Below are positions 10,601-18,942 of a DNA stretch of 55,919 bases, one piece after another. Made by a program: the position numbers and the translations under genes. Under the pieces are notes generated by a model. It was not told the DNA's origin and did not search any database. It was given only the letters and a program-made list of their open reading frames with translations. Origin of the DNA: a virus (lineage: Duplodnaviria > Caudoviricetes). The stretch lies in IMG/VR virus record IMGVR_UViG_3300032285_001768, positions 1-55,919 of that record. One strand, written 5' to 3'. Each line of letters opens with the position of its first letter. The first letter of the stretch is position 1.

Positions 10601-11084
10601 CGGTCATTACAGGCAACATAAATGCGCCGGGGGCCATGGCAATCGCACCGCCAAACGCCTCTCCGCCACGCCTATAAATCGACGCATCTTCCTTGTTGGT
10701 CATAGGAAATGCTTGGTTGTACAGGTCTTCCAGCGACTTCCCAGTGTACGCGCCTAATCCCGCTCCAATGACTGCGCCAGCGGGGGGCATAAACGGTGCT
10801 GCCGGACCTGTAAATGGCGCGACCATAGAGCCAAGTCGTCCACCAGTAACTGCACCCGCAAGCATAGGAGCAGCGGCAACAAATCCTTGACCCGTGCCTT
10901 TCAGAAACTCTGAGCCGGATTCTTCGAGGGTCGTATCTCTGGCCCCAGGACTTTCGTCGTTGTATACGGGAGTTCCAGGAATATAACCTTCCCCCGTTCC
11001 ACGACCGCGCGAAGGCTCCTCCTGATAAGGAGACGACATCTCATCAAGCTGACGAAGCTGTTCCGCTGCGCTGGGTGGAGGCAT
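7653..11084 (-). CDS. large internal virion / DNA ejection protein (1143 aa)
   Basis: Gly/Ala-rich hydrophobic N-terminal segments, helical body, Pro-rich tail; last gene of the late operon; function inferred from position. Confidence 0.6.
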   Translation of the reverse strand: MPPPSAAEQLRQLDEMSSPYQEEPSRGRGTGEGYIPGTPVYNDESPGARDTTLEESGSEFLKGTGQGFVAAAPMLAGAVTGGRLGSMVAPFTGPAAPFMPPAGAVIGAGLGAYTGKSLEDLYNQAFPMTNKEDASIYRRGGEAFGGAIAMAPGAFMLPVMTANRVSRFISGIGEAARKYPKTFLLGELHGGLGAGMGAMTAESMYPGEAGPAFVGEVAGGVLSPSRWLTNGTVSAIDALRTMRSTYSQGARETRAAEYLQRILEEGGEDIPKLVARLRANIVDAKGKPITPTAAQKTGSLPLTMLERMLAKKMPEYAGENLEQGRQALEAYSLLVRNMKNIGTPEALQTAAALEKQGFEALLDGRLAAADAASAARIKNISKDTPAARQAIGQIVKDNTEGALRDSRDYEKLLWEDAVKRLAMGGETEAAKNLQFLKSEFVKRTRSDGKVYYEHKTARIPGNPNIGVPEQPVVMFENWFEKVKDPRTGKMVLGMSPFRRKTTLEEMGEAYMAGVPKIRPNQTLNTYLDLVSTTTPELLNDLVPTSIQKLMTRLGANDATTSIYKNYKRTGRMESGVPGPGKGFDADPIPVYDLIDMRSNMLRIAREYGGKGEVNNARIYGELAESLLDDIAGAGQKAANPEAVDAFNAARQFSRSLNDVFTRTFAGQATKTAPGAVTKTGAEKLPPELLVTRAFGSNSDVTALRMEELMDASKLIKTTYDDVVNRFGRDSPQAKQLEPFYKSNKDRPGGITDALTRVMRLAAADSIDQTTGRLNVEKLNKFVLANKPILDKFNITPDLNNAVISENLFRAVTNENSKLMQEAASQAAWAQVLKYEGNPARALADVLASKTPIKGVQNMAKLAMQGGPEAVKGLKSTMYDYAFEKAGGVDNFSPTKFYNIMFDEITPNGPSLVNIMRTQGLMTAQEGNNFKRLIYPMQRIEKSMMSKQMLSDDAENLQDMAVTLGLRIMGSGIGRGIQQMTPGGGGGASMVAASAGSKYLRDMVQKMPKVFIKQIIQEASQDPELMARLLTQPKTQVERFRMARSLHSYLAAAGLNFATFDEKEPQEPRPTGPGAGQMLRALPPAPPTTGLPNLFGKPPGPSTPPAPKPGGTPAPQSRSEFQSLFPFDSISPMLAARQQQPQPG

Positions 11085-13258
11085 TATTGGGCTCCTGCGT
11101 TGCTGGGCATTTCTTTCTTACGAAGGTCTGTTCCGTTCCAATAGAACAGCGATCCCATTGGCAGCCGGTTTACTTCATCCATGCTGTAGACCCTTGGCGC
11201 ATCATGCCGTTCAATAATTCGTTGCGGGACAAGACGTTGGCGGAAGGCCTGAACATTAGCAATATAACTTAAAGACTGCTTTCGCATATCAACCGACGTA
11301 TTTGGATCGTTGGCAATCGCCCGGTCTTTAGCTAGTTCATCCGCCAAAAACTTATCCACACCGATAATCCGGTTTTGCATGGCCTTGCCAGAATCAAACA
11401 CTTCTGATTTCAAGTCAATAGCCTTCTCAACCCTTTCACGTTCAAACTTGGAGTTGTAGCGAGGATTGTTATCTAACAATGGGAAAAGGCTTTCCATTGT
11501 CGTATTGAAGTAATTCACACCCTGCTGTACTTCTGGCTTGATTTTGCCGCCAATCCCAGGAATCTTAGCTCCCACGCCCACAACGCTTCTAGCTAATGGA
11601 CCAGTAATCTGGGGCGCAAGGTCGTAGATGGTTGCTGACGTGCCAACTCTAGGCGGCATTTGCGGCAAACCCGTATCCGATTCAACAACATTTTCTTGAC
11701 CTTGCGGCTGTAGCACTGTTGGAACGGAACCAGAAGCCCGTGGTCCTTGGGCCGTGCCAGGTGACCCAGGTTTATTACCACCACCTGCAACGGCAGTCGC
11801 CCTAATTTGATTACCAATCTCTTTTTGAATCTCCGGCGAATTGACAATTGCCCGTTCAACGTAGCCCGGCAATTTAGGCTTAAATGTACGAACTATCCGT
11901 TTGCCGGTAACTGGATCGTCGTACCCTTCTTGCTTCTCTTGCGTGTAATTAACAACAGCAGATGCAAAAATGCGCTGCTCTTCAGGGGTAGCAGTTTTGT
12001 CAAGTATTTTTGGAGAAATCAACACAAAATGGTTAAGCTCTGCGTTACCCACGCCAAACGGATTTTCGGCTTTTTTTGCCGCTGCTTTAATTTCCTCTGC
12101 TCTAATTCTTGCCGCGGCGGCTTTATCGGCACGCGACAAGCTTGCATTGGCCGCAATGTTGGCACGCTCCGTGGCTCCCGCGCCTCTAAGAATTTCTTTA
12201 TATGCAGCAACCTGGTCTCGGAACAACTTATCGTTATGACCCTTCGTGCTTTCGACCTCTTTCTCAGCCGCTTGCAACGCAGCCAACTTGATGTTCCTGT
12301 CAATCTTGTCCATCTCAGACATCCGAGCGGACATCTCTGCAGGCAGAGTGCGAGTTGCACCGGCCAAACGACTGACAAATGAGCCACGCAATGGGCGACC
12401 CTGGTCATCCACATTCCCAGCAAATTGCAGAGCACGTTGTCCTAACGAAAACAGCAACTGTGCCTCAGATGCACCTTTGTCTTGGCCCAACAAAGTCTTG
12501 TACAAAGACTCTCGATTTGCCATCGACTTGGTAAGGTCGGGTAATGCAATTGGCTTGCTGTTCATCATATTAAAAAACTTGGTGCGAGCAGCCTCTACCT
12601 GGGCCGGCGAAAAACCGCCCATGGCGCTGACGTTTCCCATGAGACCGAAGCCCCCACCGCCAGACCCGGATTCATCATCCTCATTATCATCAGCGGAGTC
12701 GGCATCTGGAGTCACGCCCGCTGAACCGGACCCCAATTCAAAATGCTGAACGTATCCACCATGCGCCATCTTCATAGGCATCGGAGGCTGACTTCCCGGT
12801 CCGGGAGGCACGGGCGGCGGAGGTAGACCACCTGGCGGCGGACCAGGAGGAGGGCCACCTTGCGGCCCCATCGGAGGAATACCCATCCCAGGAGGCATAG
12901 CAGGTGGCATTGGTGCCTGTGGTCCTTGAGCCATGGGCAACGTACCAAGACCCTGTTGTTTAGCAAGCAAGGGCTGCAACATTGCAAGCACAGAATCCGG
13001 CGTCTCTTTAGCAGCTTTATAGCCCACCATGTCAGCGAGCTCTTCCCGACGAGCGTCGAGTGATCTCATATCGCCTCGAAGGTGATTCATCATGATTTCA
13101 GGCGAGTCGGGTCGACGCTCCGCAACCATTTCATCGCGGTTGTCTTCTTCATAGGAGTCGCGCTCGTCCGGCGCCTCCTCGTCGTCAGGTGCATTCATCA
13201 TGTCCTTAAAACCGGCCATGATGCCGACGTCTTCAAAATCCGCTTTACCCTTTTGCAT
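11084..13258 (-). CDS. putative internal virion/ejection protein (724 aa)
   Basis: Pro/Met-rich linker, MAHGGYVQHF motif, coiled-coil segments; coupled to neighbours. Confidence 0.6.
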   Translation of the reverse strand: MQKGKADFEDVGIMAGFKDMMNAPDDEEAPDERDSYEEDNRDEMVAERRPDSPEIMMNHLRGDMRSLDARREELADMVGYKAAKETPDSVLAMLQPLLAKQQGLGTLPMAQGPQAPMPPAMPPGMGIPPMGPQGGPPPGPPPGGLPPPPVPPGPGSQPPMPMKMAHGGYVQHFELGSGSAGVTPDADSADDNEDDESGSGGGGFGLMGNVSAMGGFSPAQVEAARTKFFNMMNSKPIALPDLTKSMANRESLYKTLLGQDKGASEAQLLFSLGQRALQFAGNVDDQGRPLRGSFVSRLAGATRTLPAEMSARMSEMDKIDRNIKLAALQAAEKEVESTKGHNDKLFRDQVAAYKEILRGAGATERANIAANASLSRADKAAAARIRAEEIKAAAKKAENPFGVGNAELNHFVLISPKILDKTATPEEQRIFASAVVNYTQEKQEGYDDPVTGKRIVRTFKPKLPGYVERAIVNSPEIQKEIGNQIRATAVAGGGNKPGSPGTAQGPRASGSVPTVLQPQGQENVVESDTGLPQMPPRVGTSATIYDLAPQITGPLARSVVGVGAKIPGIGGKIKPEVQQGVNYFNTTMESLFPLLDNNPRYNSKFERERVEKAIDLKSEVFDSGKAMQNRIIGVDKFLADELAKDRAIANDPNTSVDMRKQSLSYIANVQAFRQRLVPQRIIERHDAPRVYSMDEVNRLPMGSLFYWNGTDLRKKEMPSNAGAQ

Positions 13259-13270
13259 TTCCTTCGATCC

Positions 13271-15085
13271 TTAGAAAAGGTTCGCTTTTTTAGCGCCCGC
13301 CGCAGTTGATAATGCGCCCAATCCGATGCCCACAGCCTGTTGGAACGGGCTTGCGGTGGGCTGACTTGCAACCGCGGTTGACATCTGCGTGGACGGTGCG
13401 CCACGGTAGATGTCGGACAAGAATCCGGCAGCCTGGTACGGTGCATAAGCTTGTTGCAACTGAGTCGCACGCTGCGCATCCAACATTTGTTGATTCAAAG
13501 CCTGTTGGGATTGACCCGTGTTGTACAAGAAGTTGATGTCGTTTTGGTTCATGCCCTGTGCCGTTTGGCCCAATGCAGCCTGATTTATACCAAACTGACC
13601 CGCCTGTGCGCCTAACGCGCCCAAACCAGAAGCCATTTGTTGACCAATGCCAAACTGCTGCGCCGCCAACGTACCTTCTTGACCCGCCAAATTGCCGTAC
13701 AAACCAGCGGCATTTCCATAAATACCCGCCGCGCTTTGACCCAATTGAGCCTGCTGCACGCCTAACTGACCAAGGCCCTGGCCAGCACCAATCTGCTGGC
13801 TCGCCAAATTGCCATATTGCGCTGCAGCACCCTGCCCAAGTTGCGCTTGTTGGATTGCTTGTTGGCCATATGTCTGACCAATATTGGCAAGTTGACTTGC
13901 GCCCTGCAAACCCAATTGTGCTCCTTGTGCCTCCATTCCACCAACCGCTTGTCCCCCCTGCAACCCAAGCTGACCTTGTTGGTTTGCAAGAGCTCCAATA
14001 GTCTGACCAGCCTGCAATCCAAGTTGGGCTTGCTGATTGGTCAACGCACCAATCCCAGTTCCAGCTTGCAACCCACGTTGTTGTTGCTGCTCAAATGCTT
14101 GCTGCGCTTGCGCTTGAGATTGGGTATAGCCTTGGTTAAGCAAATTAGCAATCGTATTGGCTTTTTGGTCCATCAGATTGCGTTCCATTTCCGCTCTCTG
14201 AACGCCCTCACGAGTTCCGCCAAACGCTCCCGCTCTAACCGCATTTGCCGACGCATTTTGTTGCGCGATTTTGCCCTGCCGGTCCATCTCCAGCATGGTC
14301 CGATCAATGACCTGCTGCTGATAGGGATTCATGAAGTTCCCAGCAAGCTGGGGATTATAAAACTGCGTCGAATTGGCCAATGCGCCAAGCCCAACACCTA
14401 ATCCAGCACGCCCTTGCTCTAACCCACCACCAATCAATCCAGACGCAGTAGTCAGCCCTGCTTTGCCCTGAGAAATTCCACCACCAATTAACCCCTGCGC
14501 AGTCCCATAATTGGGTTGGCCCATGTTTTGGGTTTGTTGCGCTGCAGCAGAAAGCAATGCGGTTGACGGCTGCAGGTCCGCGGCCCGTGATTGCAGAGTC
14601 AGACCCTGCGCTTCACCAAGCCCGCCAAGACCTTGTGAAATAGCGGCAGTTGCAGGCGTAAGATTGGCCTGCGAGGATTGCGCCGCCAGGTTTTGCATAC
14701 CTGCAAGCGCGTTGATACCAGAATTGATATCTTGCTGTGGGTTGTAGAATTGACCTCGGGTGTCCGCACCCCTCAGAACGTCTGCTGCTTCAGCCGTAGT
14801 CTGATAACCGGCATTTAATGCAGCATTTGCTGAATTAAGATAGTCCCCAAATGCCCCAATTCCTGTCTGTTGGGCAGCATTTAACGCCGCTTGTTGCGAC
14901 GGCGAAAACCCGGCTACTTGATACCCAGGCAAAGTTGCAGCAAAAGACTGATTTGCTGGTAACGGATTGCCATTTTGATCCAGATTAAACGCAAGATTCC
15001 TTGCGTTTTTTAAAAGATCTAGTTTATAGGCTTCAACTTCCGGGGCTTCCCGGACAATTTGTTGACTAGTGGTTACATCGGCCAT
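13271..15085 (-). CDS. Gln/Gly/Ala-rich putative DNA pilot/ejection protein (604 aa)
   Basis: FMNPYQQQVID and AGAFGGTR segments, QLGLQ repeats, hydrophobic Gly-rich C-terminus. Confidence 0.65.
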   Translation of the reverse strand: MADVTTSQQIVREAPEVEAYKLDLLKNARNLAFNLDQNGNPLPANQSFAATLPGYQVAGFSPSQQAALNAAQQTGIGAFGDYLNSANAALNAGYQTTAEAADVLRGADTRGQFYNPQQDINSGINALAGMQNLAAQSSQANLTPATAAISQGLGGLGEAQGLTLQSRAADLQPSTALLSAAAQQTQNMGQPNYGTAQGLIGGGISQGKAGLTTASGLIGGGLEQGRAGLGVGLGALANSTQFYNPQLAGNFMNPYQQQVIDRTMLEMDRQGKIAQQNASANAVRAGAFGGTREGVQRAEMERNLMDQKANTIANLLNQGYTQSQAQAQQAFEQQQQRGLQAGTGIGALTNQQAQLGLQAGQTIGALANQQGQLGLQGGQAVGGMEAQGAQLGLQGASQLANIGQTYGQQAIQQAQLGQGAAAQYGNLASQQIGAGQGLGQLGVQQAQLGQSAAGIYGNAAGLYGNLAGQEGTLAAQQFGIGQQMASGLGALGAQAGQFGINQAALGQTAQGMNQNDINFLYNTGQSQQALNQQMLDAQRATQLQQAYAPYQAAGFLSDIYRGAPSTQMSTAVASQPTASPFQQAVGIGLGALSTAAGAKKANLF

Positions 15086-17164
15086 TTAGTTGCTCCCAAG
15101 AGGGCCGTTTTCTAACGACTTCATTAGCTTGTACATCTTGGCAGCACCCTTGCGACGACTGCCACCACCTGCATTACGAACCGCTTTAGCCGTAAATACA
15201 AACTCCCCGTCCGACAACATGGCCGGAATTGAATCGGACGTCTCGGTTCCAGGACCGTCAATCTGTCCAATTTTGCGAGGGAAATGGTTTACATCTCCAC
15301 CTGTTGCATAAGGGCGATTATACGGCTGCGGCACTCCGCCAGGCATATTAGTTAATGGCCCAGGGGAATACGTTGGCAACATCGGAGCATTTACTTGGGG
15401 CATCGGAATGCCCATTTGAAAGTTGTTTGTTGGGACGGCAATTGGTTGCGTATTTGAAAACTGGCCTGATCTCAGATTGCCACTAAACAATTGCGGGTTA
15501 TCTTTTATGTAATTTGACCCAGTGTATTGGGAATTAAAAGCAGGGTTTTTTTCTGAGGGTTTAGATTTAAACCCACCTGCCAGTGCCGTTGCACCCAATA
15601 CAGCCGCCGCACCAGGACCATATTTTCCAAGCATCGTTGTGGCATTTGGATCGGTGAAGATCTTGCCAAAACTGTCAAACGAAGGCTTGTTATAGAAGTC
15701 CTGGGCCCGGCTAATTAACGAGCTTTCGGTAGATCCTGCTTTTGCTCCAGCGGTTGCTGGGTTTAACCCCTCGTTGTCCCCCATGGTAAATCCGCCCACG
15801 GTCCCGCTACCTGCAGGCGGAAGATTGGTAGTGTATGGGGACGGTGAAACAGAGGTTGTTTGAGCAGGAGCATTTGGCAGGCCTTCTCCTTGAGGAGCAG
15901 GCACATTTTGAACAGCCTCGTAAGATTTAACAACGGAAGGGTGTAAGCCAAAGTCCTTTCCAAGTTGCTCAGCATTTACTTTGGTGTCTAAACTTTGCCC
16001 AAGCTGTTCAGCCGACGGAATTCCCCCAATGCCACTAGTGCCAGAGATTGGAGACAGCTCGCCGTTGATATATTGAGGAGCGTTATTTCCGCCGGTATCG
16101 GGTGTAGTAAATGTCTGATACTGAGAAGGCGAAGCGTTTGGATTAGGGGCCGAAAGCCCCATTCCTTGCAACCCAGCGGTCGTTACCCCAGCCATAGCAC
16201 CAGACTTCAAGGCTTCACCAAGGCTTTGCCCACGCAAAAGCCCGACGCCCATGCCCAACGTGCCAGACGCCAACCCGCTATTGAGCAATGAACCAGCGGT
16301 CCCTGGCATAAACTTGGCAATTTCTCCAAGCGGGCTTACGCCCATGACCGTGCCGCCGCTACCCAAATAGCCCATAGCACCGGAGATCAGCACGTCTTTC
16401 AAGTTTCCACCTGAATACGCGGTCAATCCGGCACTGGCCAGCCAAGGCGGAACACCAATCATGGTGAGACCAATTGTGGCGACTAACCTACCGATAGGGC
16501 TTGCAACTACTTTATGCAGACCATCGTCAACTTTGGCAAGCGCATTTGAAACGCTACTGACCGCGTTTCGGATTTCTTTTAACGGATTAAAAAACTCATG
16601 CAATCCTGTGTCCGGATTGATTGAGCCCGAACCGCCAAAAGCCTTCAAAAGCTGCGCTTCTTCTGGCGTGATATGCGCCAGCATTGTGTCGCCATTGCGA
16701 CCTTGCGATTGCAAATACCGAGTGACATCTGCTAGGCCTCCTTGGGCCATGGGCATGCCTTCCATTGGCATTGACCGCTCTGCAGTATCCTTCTTTAGCT
16801 CATGTAGGGCCGCGAGCCGTGTGCCAATGTACGTCTGGTCAAACTGGTCCGGAAGCATGGACGGAGGAACAATTCCATTTTGTACCAACGTAGACACGAT
16901 TTGCTCGTACTCGTCTTTGTGATCGATTAGGTACTCAAACATCGCAATCAAGATGTCAACCATTTGCGGCGAAATCTCGACATCCGACATTGCCGTGCGC
17001 ATGGCACCGCGATACTCGTTCACGGCTTCAGGGGCCATCTGCCCCACTGCTTCTAGCGTTGCGTCATATAATTCCCCGCTGGGAATACGAGGCAATTTGG
17101 CTGGGGCCTTGGGCAGGGAACCAATCCCTTGAGCTTCGAGTTCAGGATTCATCAGCATTTCCAC
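15086..17164 (-). CDS. putative internal virion protein (692 aa)
   Basis: GRNGDTMLAHITPEEA...INPDTGL segment, Gly-rich hydrophobic core, C-terminal GPGTETSDSIPAMLSDGEFV motif of the kind seen in tape-measure C-termini. Confidence 0.65.
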   Translation of the reverse strand: MEMLMNPELEAQGIGSLPKAPAKLPRIPSGELYDATLEAVGQMAPEAVNEYRGAMRTAMSDVEISPQMVDILIAMFEYLIDHKDEYEQIVSTLVQNGIVPPSMLPDQFDQTYIGTRLAALHELKKDTAERSMPMEGMPMAQGGLADVTRYLQSQGRNGDTMLAHITPEEAQLLKAFGGSGSINPDTGLHEFFNPLKEIRNAVSSVSNALAKVDDGLHKVVASPIGRLVATIGLTMIGVPPWLASAGLTAYSGGNLKDVLISGAMGYLGSGGTVMGVSPLGEIAKFMPGTAGSLLNSGLASGTLGMGVGLLRGQSLGEALKSGAMAGVTTAGLQGMGLSAPNPNASPSQYQTFTTPDTGGNNAPQYINGELSPISGTSGIGGIPSAEQLGQSLDTKVNAEQLGKDFGLHPSVVKSYEAVQNVPAPQGEGLPNAPAQTTSVSPSPYTTNLPPAGSGTVGGFTMGDNEGLNPATAGAKAGSTESSLISRAQDFYNKPSFDSFGKIFTDPNATTMLGKYGPGAAAVLGATALAGGFKSKPSEKNPAFNSQYTGSNYIKDNPQLFSGNLRSGQFSNTQPIAVPTNNFQMGIPMPQVNAPMLPTYSPGPLTNMPGGVPQPYNRPYATGGDVNHFPRKIGQIDGPGTETSDSIPAMLSDGEFVFTAKAVRNAGGGSRRKGAAKMYKLMKSLENGPLGSN

Positions 17165-17409
17165 CGTTTTAATGACGCTTTGGCGCGTTCAGCATCGCCC
17201 TTCGCGTGTTTAACTACGCCCTCCATGCGGGCGCAAAAGCTTGCTTTCCGGCCTTTGTCCGCTGCAGTCTTAGGACTAGGGGCAGGAGCTTTTAAGTGGC
17301 TGCCTGTAGCGGCATTGTACTTCGCTCTGCCTTTTGCTGTAAGCCCCGCCCCCTCTTTTACCGAGAGTTTTTCTCCACGGCCCACGGACAAAGAGACGAT
17401 CTTCTTCAT
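17152..17409 (-). CDS. small basic protein (85 aa)
   Basis: Lys/Ala-rich, ends RKASFCARM...SLKRWKC; ATGA-coupled to the upstream gene. Confidence 0.8.
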   Translation of the reverse strand: MKKIVSLSVGRGEKLSVKEGAGLTAKGRAKYNAATGSHLKAPAPSPKTAADKGRKASFCARMEGVVKHAKGDAERAKASLKRWKC

Positions 17410-17555
17410 TTCTTCTTCGCCGTTTTGGCCGATTGCTTGAAAGCGTTGGCCGTAGGTGCTCCAGGAGCACCAGGTTTTCTCATTTTTTCGCCAGAGCCAG
17501 CTGCGATACGTGCTTTTTTGGCGTTGATATTTGCATAAAGTCCGGGTTTAGCCAT
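17406..17555 (-). CDS. small basic protein (49 aa)
   Basis: Below the ORF-track cutoff: MAKPGLYANINAKKARIAAGSGEKMRKPGAPGAPTANAFKQSAKTAKKK; fills the gap, ATGA overlap downstream. Confidence 0.8.
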   Translation of the reverse strand: MAKPGLYANINAKKARIAAGSGEKMRKPGAPGAPTANAFKQSAKTAKKK

Positions 17556-17559
17556 GATT

Positions 17560-18942
17560 TTACTGAGTTAAGTCGTAGAAGGATATGGCGCCAATACCTC
17601 CGCCTGTAGTTGCACCACCTGTTGTCACAGTTCTTGCTACCAAAGTTAAAGTATCGCTAACACCGGCAATAGATGCACCTAATTGCATGTCCCAGTTGTA
17701 CCCTGCGCCAACCGATAAAATACTTCGCCCCGTTTTGCCAGTAGCAAACTCAGCATAAACTAATGTTCCGCCGGTATACGAAGTAGAGCTGATATCCTGT
17801 TCAACATTTGAATCTGATGTTACCGCAGACCATGATGGGGAAGAAAGAGTTGCGTTTTTTACAAGTGCAATTTGAAAATTGTCTGCGGTGGACGGTAAAA
17901 AATTAAGTGTAGTTGGCAATACCACTGCCCCAGTTCTTCCAGAAGCTAGTCGTATAGAGATTAATGGTTTATAGGAAGTTGTTAAATAAGAAGAAGCAGT
18001 AAGATTTGTCATGGAAGCGGAATGCTCAACCGAAGTTGCTTCATACCCACCTTCTGAAATGACGGAAGAACAAATTTGAGTCAAAGTTGCTGCTACAGCA
18101 GACGTTGAAGTGATTTCATAGCGTATAGGCAAAATGGCCGTAGTCATGTAAACGGTAGTCCCATACACGTTCGCGGTATTAAACGTGTGGCAGACAATAT
18201 ACTGCCCGTTAATAATAAAACCACACCGCACAGAACCAACGCCCAACCACTCAAAGTCCATCCACAGAATTTGCGGGTGAGTAAGGTCAAGCGTTAATCC
18301 TGACGCCCCGGTTCCGTCTAGCTTGTCCCCATTCCAGTCTGCCTGTGCGACTGATCGACTGTCGTCCACTGAACCACCAGTGTAAGACCGCAAAGTGAAT
18401 GCATTGGTGCCGTCAACTTTTGAAAAGAAAACGCCGTTTTGAGCGTTAAAGTAGCCAACCTTTTGGCTCAAGTTGGCACTATTGCTGCTATCCATTTGAA
18501 ATGTAGCAAGCACCAACAACCCCTTGCCTGGCTGATATGAGAAGGACCGAAAGGTCTGACGAACAACCGAACCAACCCCACCTCCCGTCACGCTCATGCT
18601 AACACTGGATTGATTGGTATTGAACGTCGTCGACCCTGTGCCAGTAGTGGACGTGTCAAACTGATTGTCCGCCGCATACCGGCTTTGACTATCAAACAAT
18701 GTGTAGGGAGCAGCTACTTGCAATCGCCCAAACGCATCCAAAGAGGTTGCTGGAAAGGTAATCGGCAACGAAGGAGTACTTGCCACAAGCTGCCCCAAAA
18801 TGTTGTTCAGCTGATTGAAGTACAGCCGCAATACGTTATTAAACTGCTCCTGGAAGCGTGCGTCATACAGCTTTGGCGCACTAGGCAGGTTGGGCGGAGT
18901 TACCCTGTTTAAGTCAAATTCCGACGTGACAACCAGAGTCAT
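17560..18942 (-). CDS. virion structural protein (460 aa), probable tail appendage
   Basis: N-terminal PPNLP...NVLRLYFNQL anchor-like segment followed by a Ser/Thr-rich beta domain. Confidence 0.65.
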   Translation of the reverse strand: MTLVVTSEFDLNRVTPPNLPSAPKLYDARFQEQFNNVLRLYFNQLNNILGQLVASTPSLPITFPATSLDAFGRLQVAAPYTLFDSQSRYAADNQFDTSTTGTGSTTFNTNQSSVSMSVTGGGVGSVVRQTFRSFSYQPGKGLLVLATFQMDSSNSANLSQKVGYFNAQNGVFFSKVDGTNAFTLRSYTGGSVDDSRSVAQADWNGDKLDGTGASGLTLDLTHPQILWMDFEWLGVGSVRCGFIINGQYIVCHTFNTANVYGTTVYMTTAILPIRYEITSTSAVAATLTQICSSVISEGGYEATSVEHSASMTNLTASSYLTTSYKPLISIRLASGRTGAVVLPTTLNFLPSTADNFQIALVKNATLSSPSWSAVTSDSNVEQDISSTSYTGGTLVYAEFATGKTGRSILSVGAGYNWDMQLGASIAGVSDTLTLVARTVTTGGATTGGGIGAISFYDLTQ

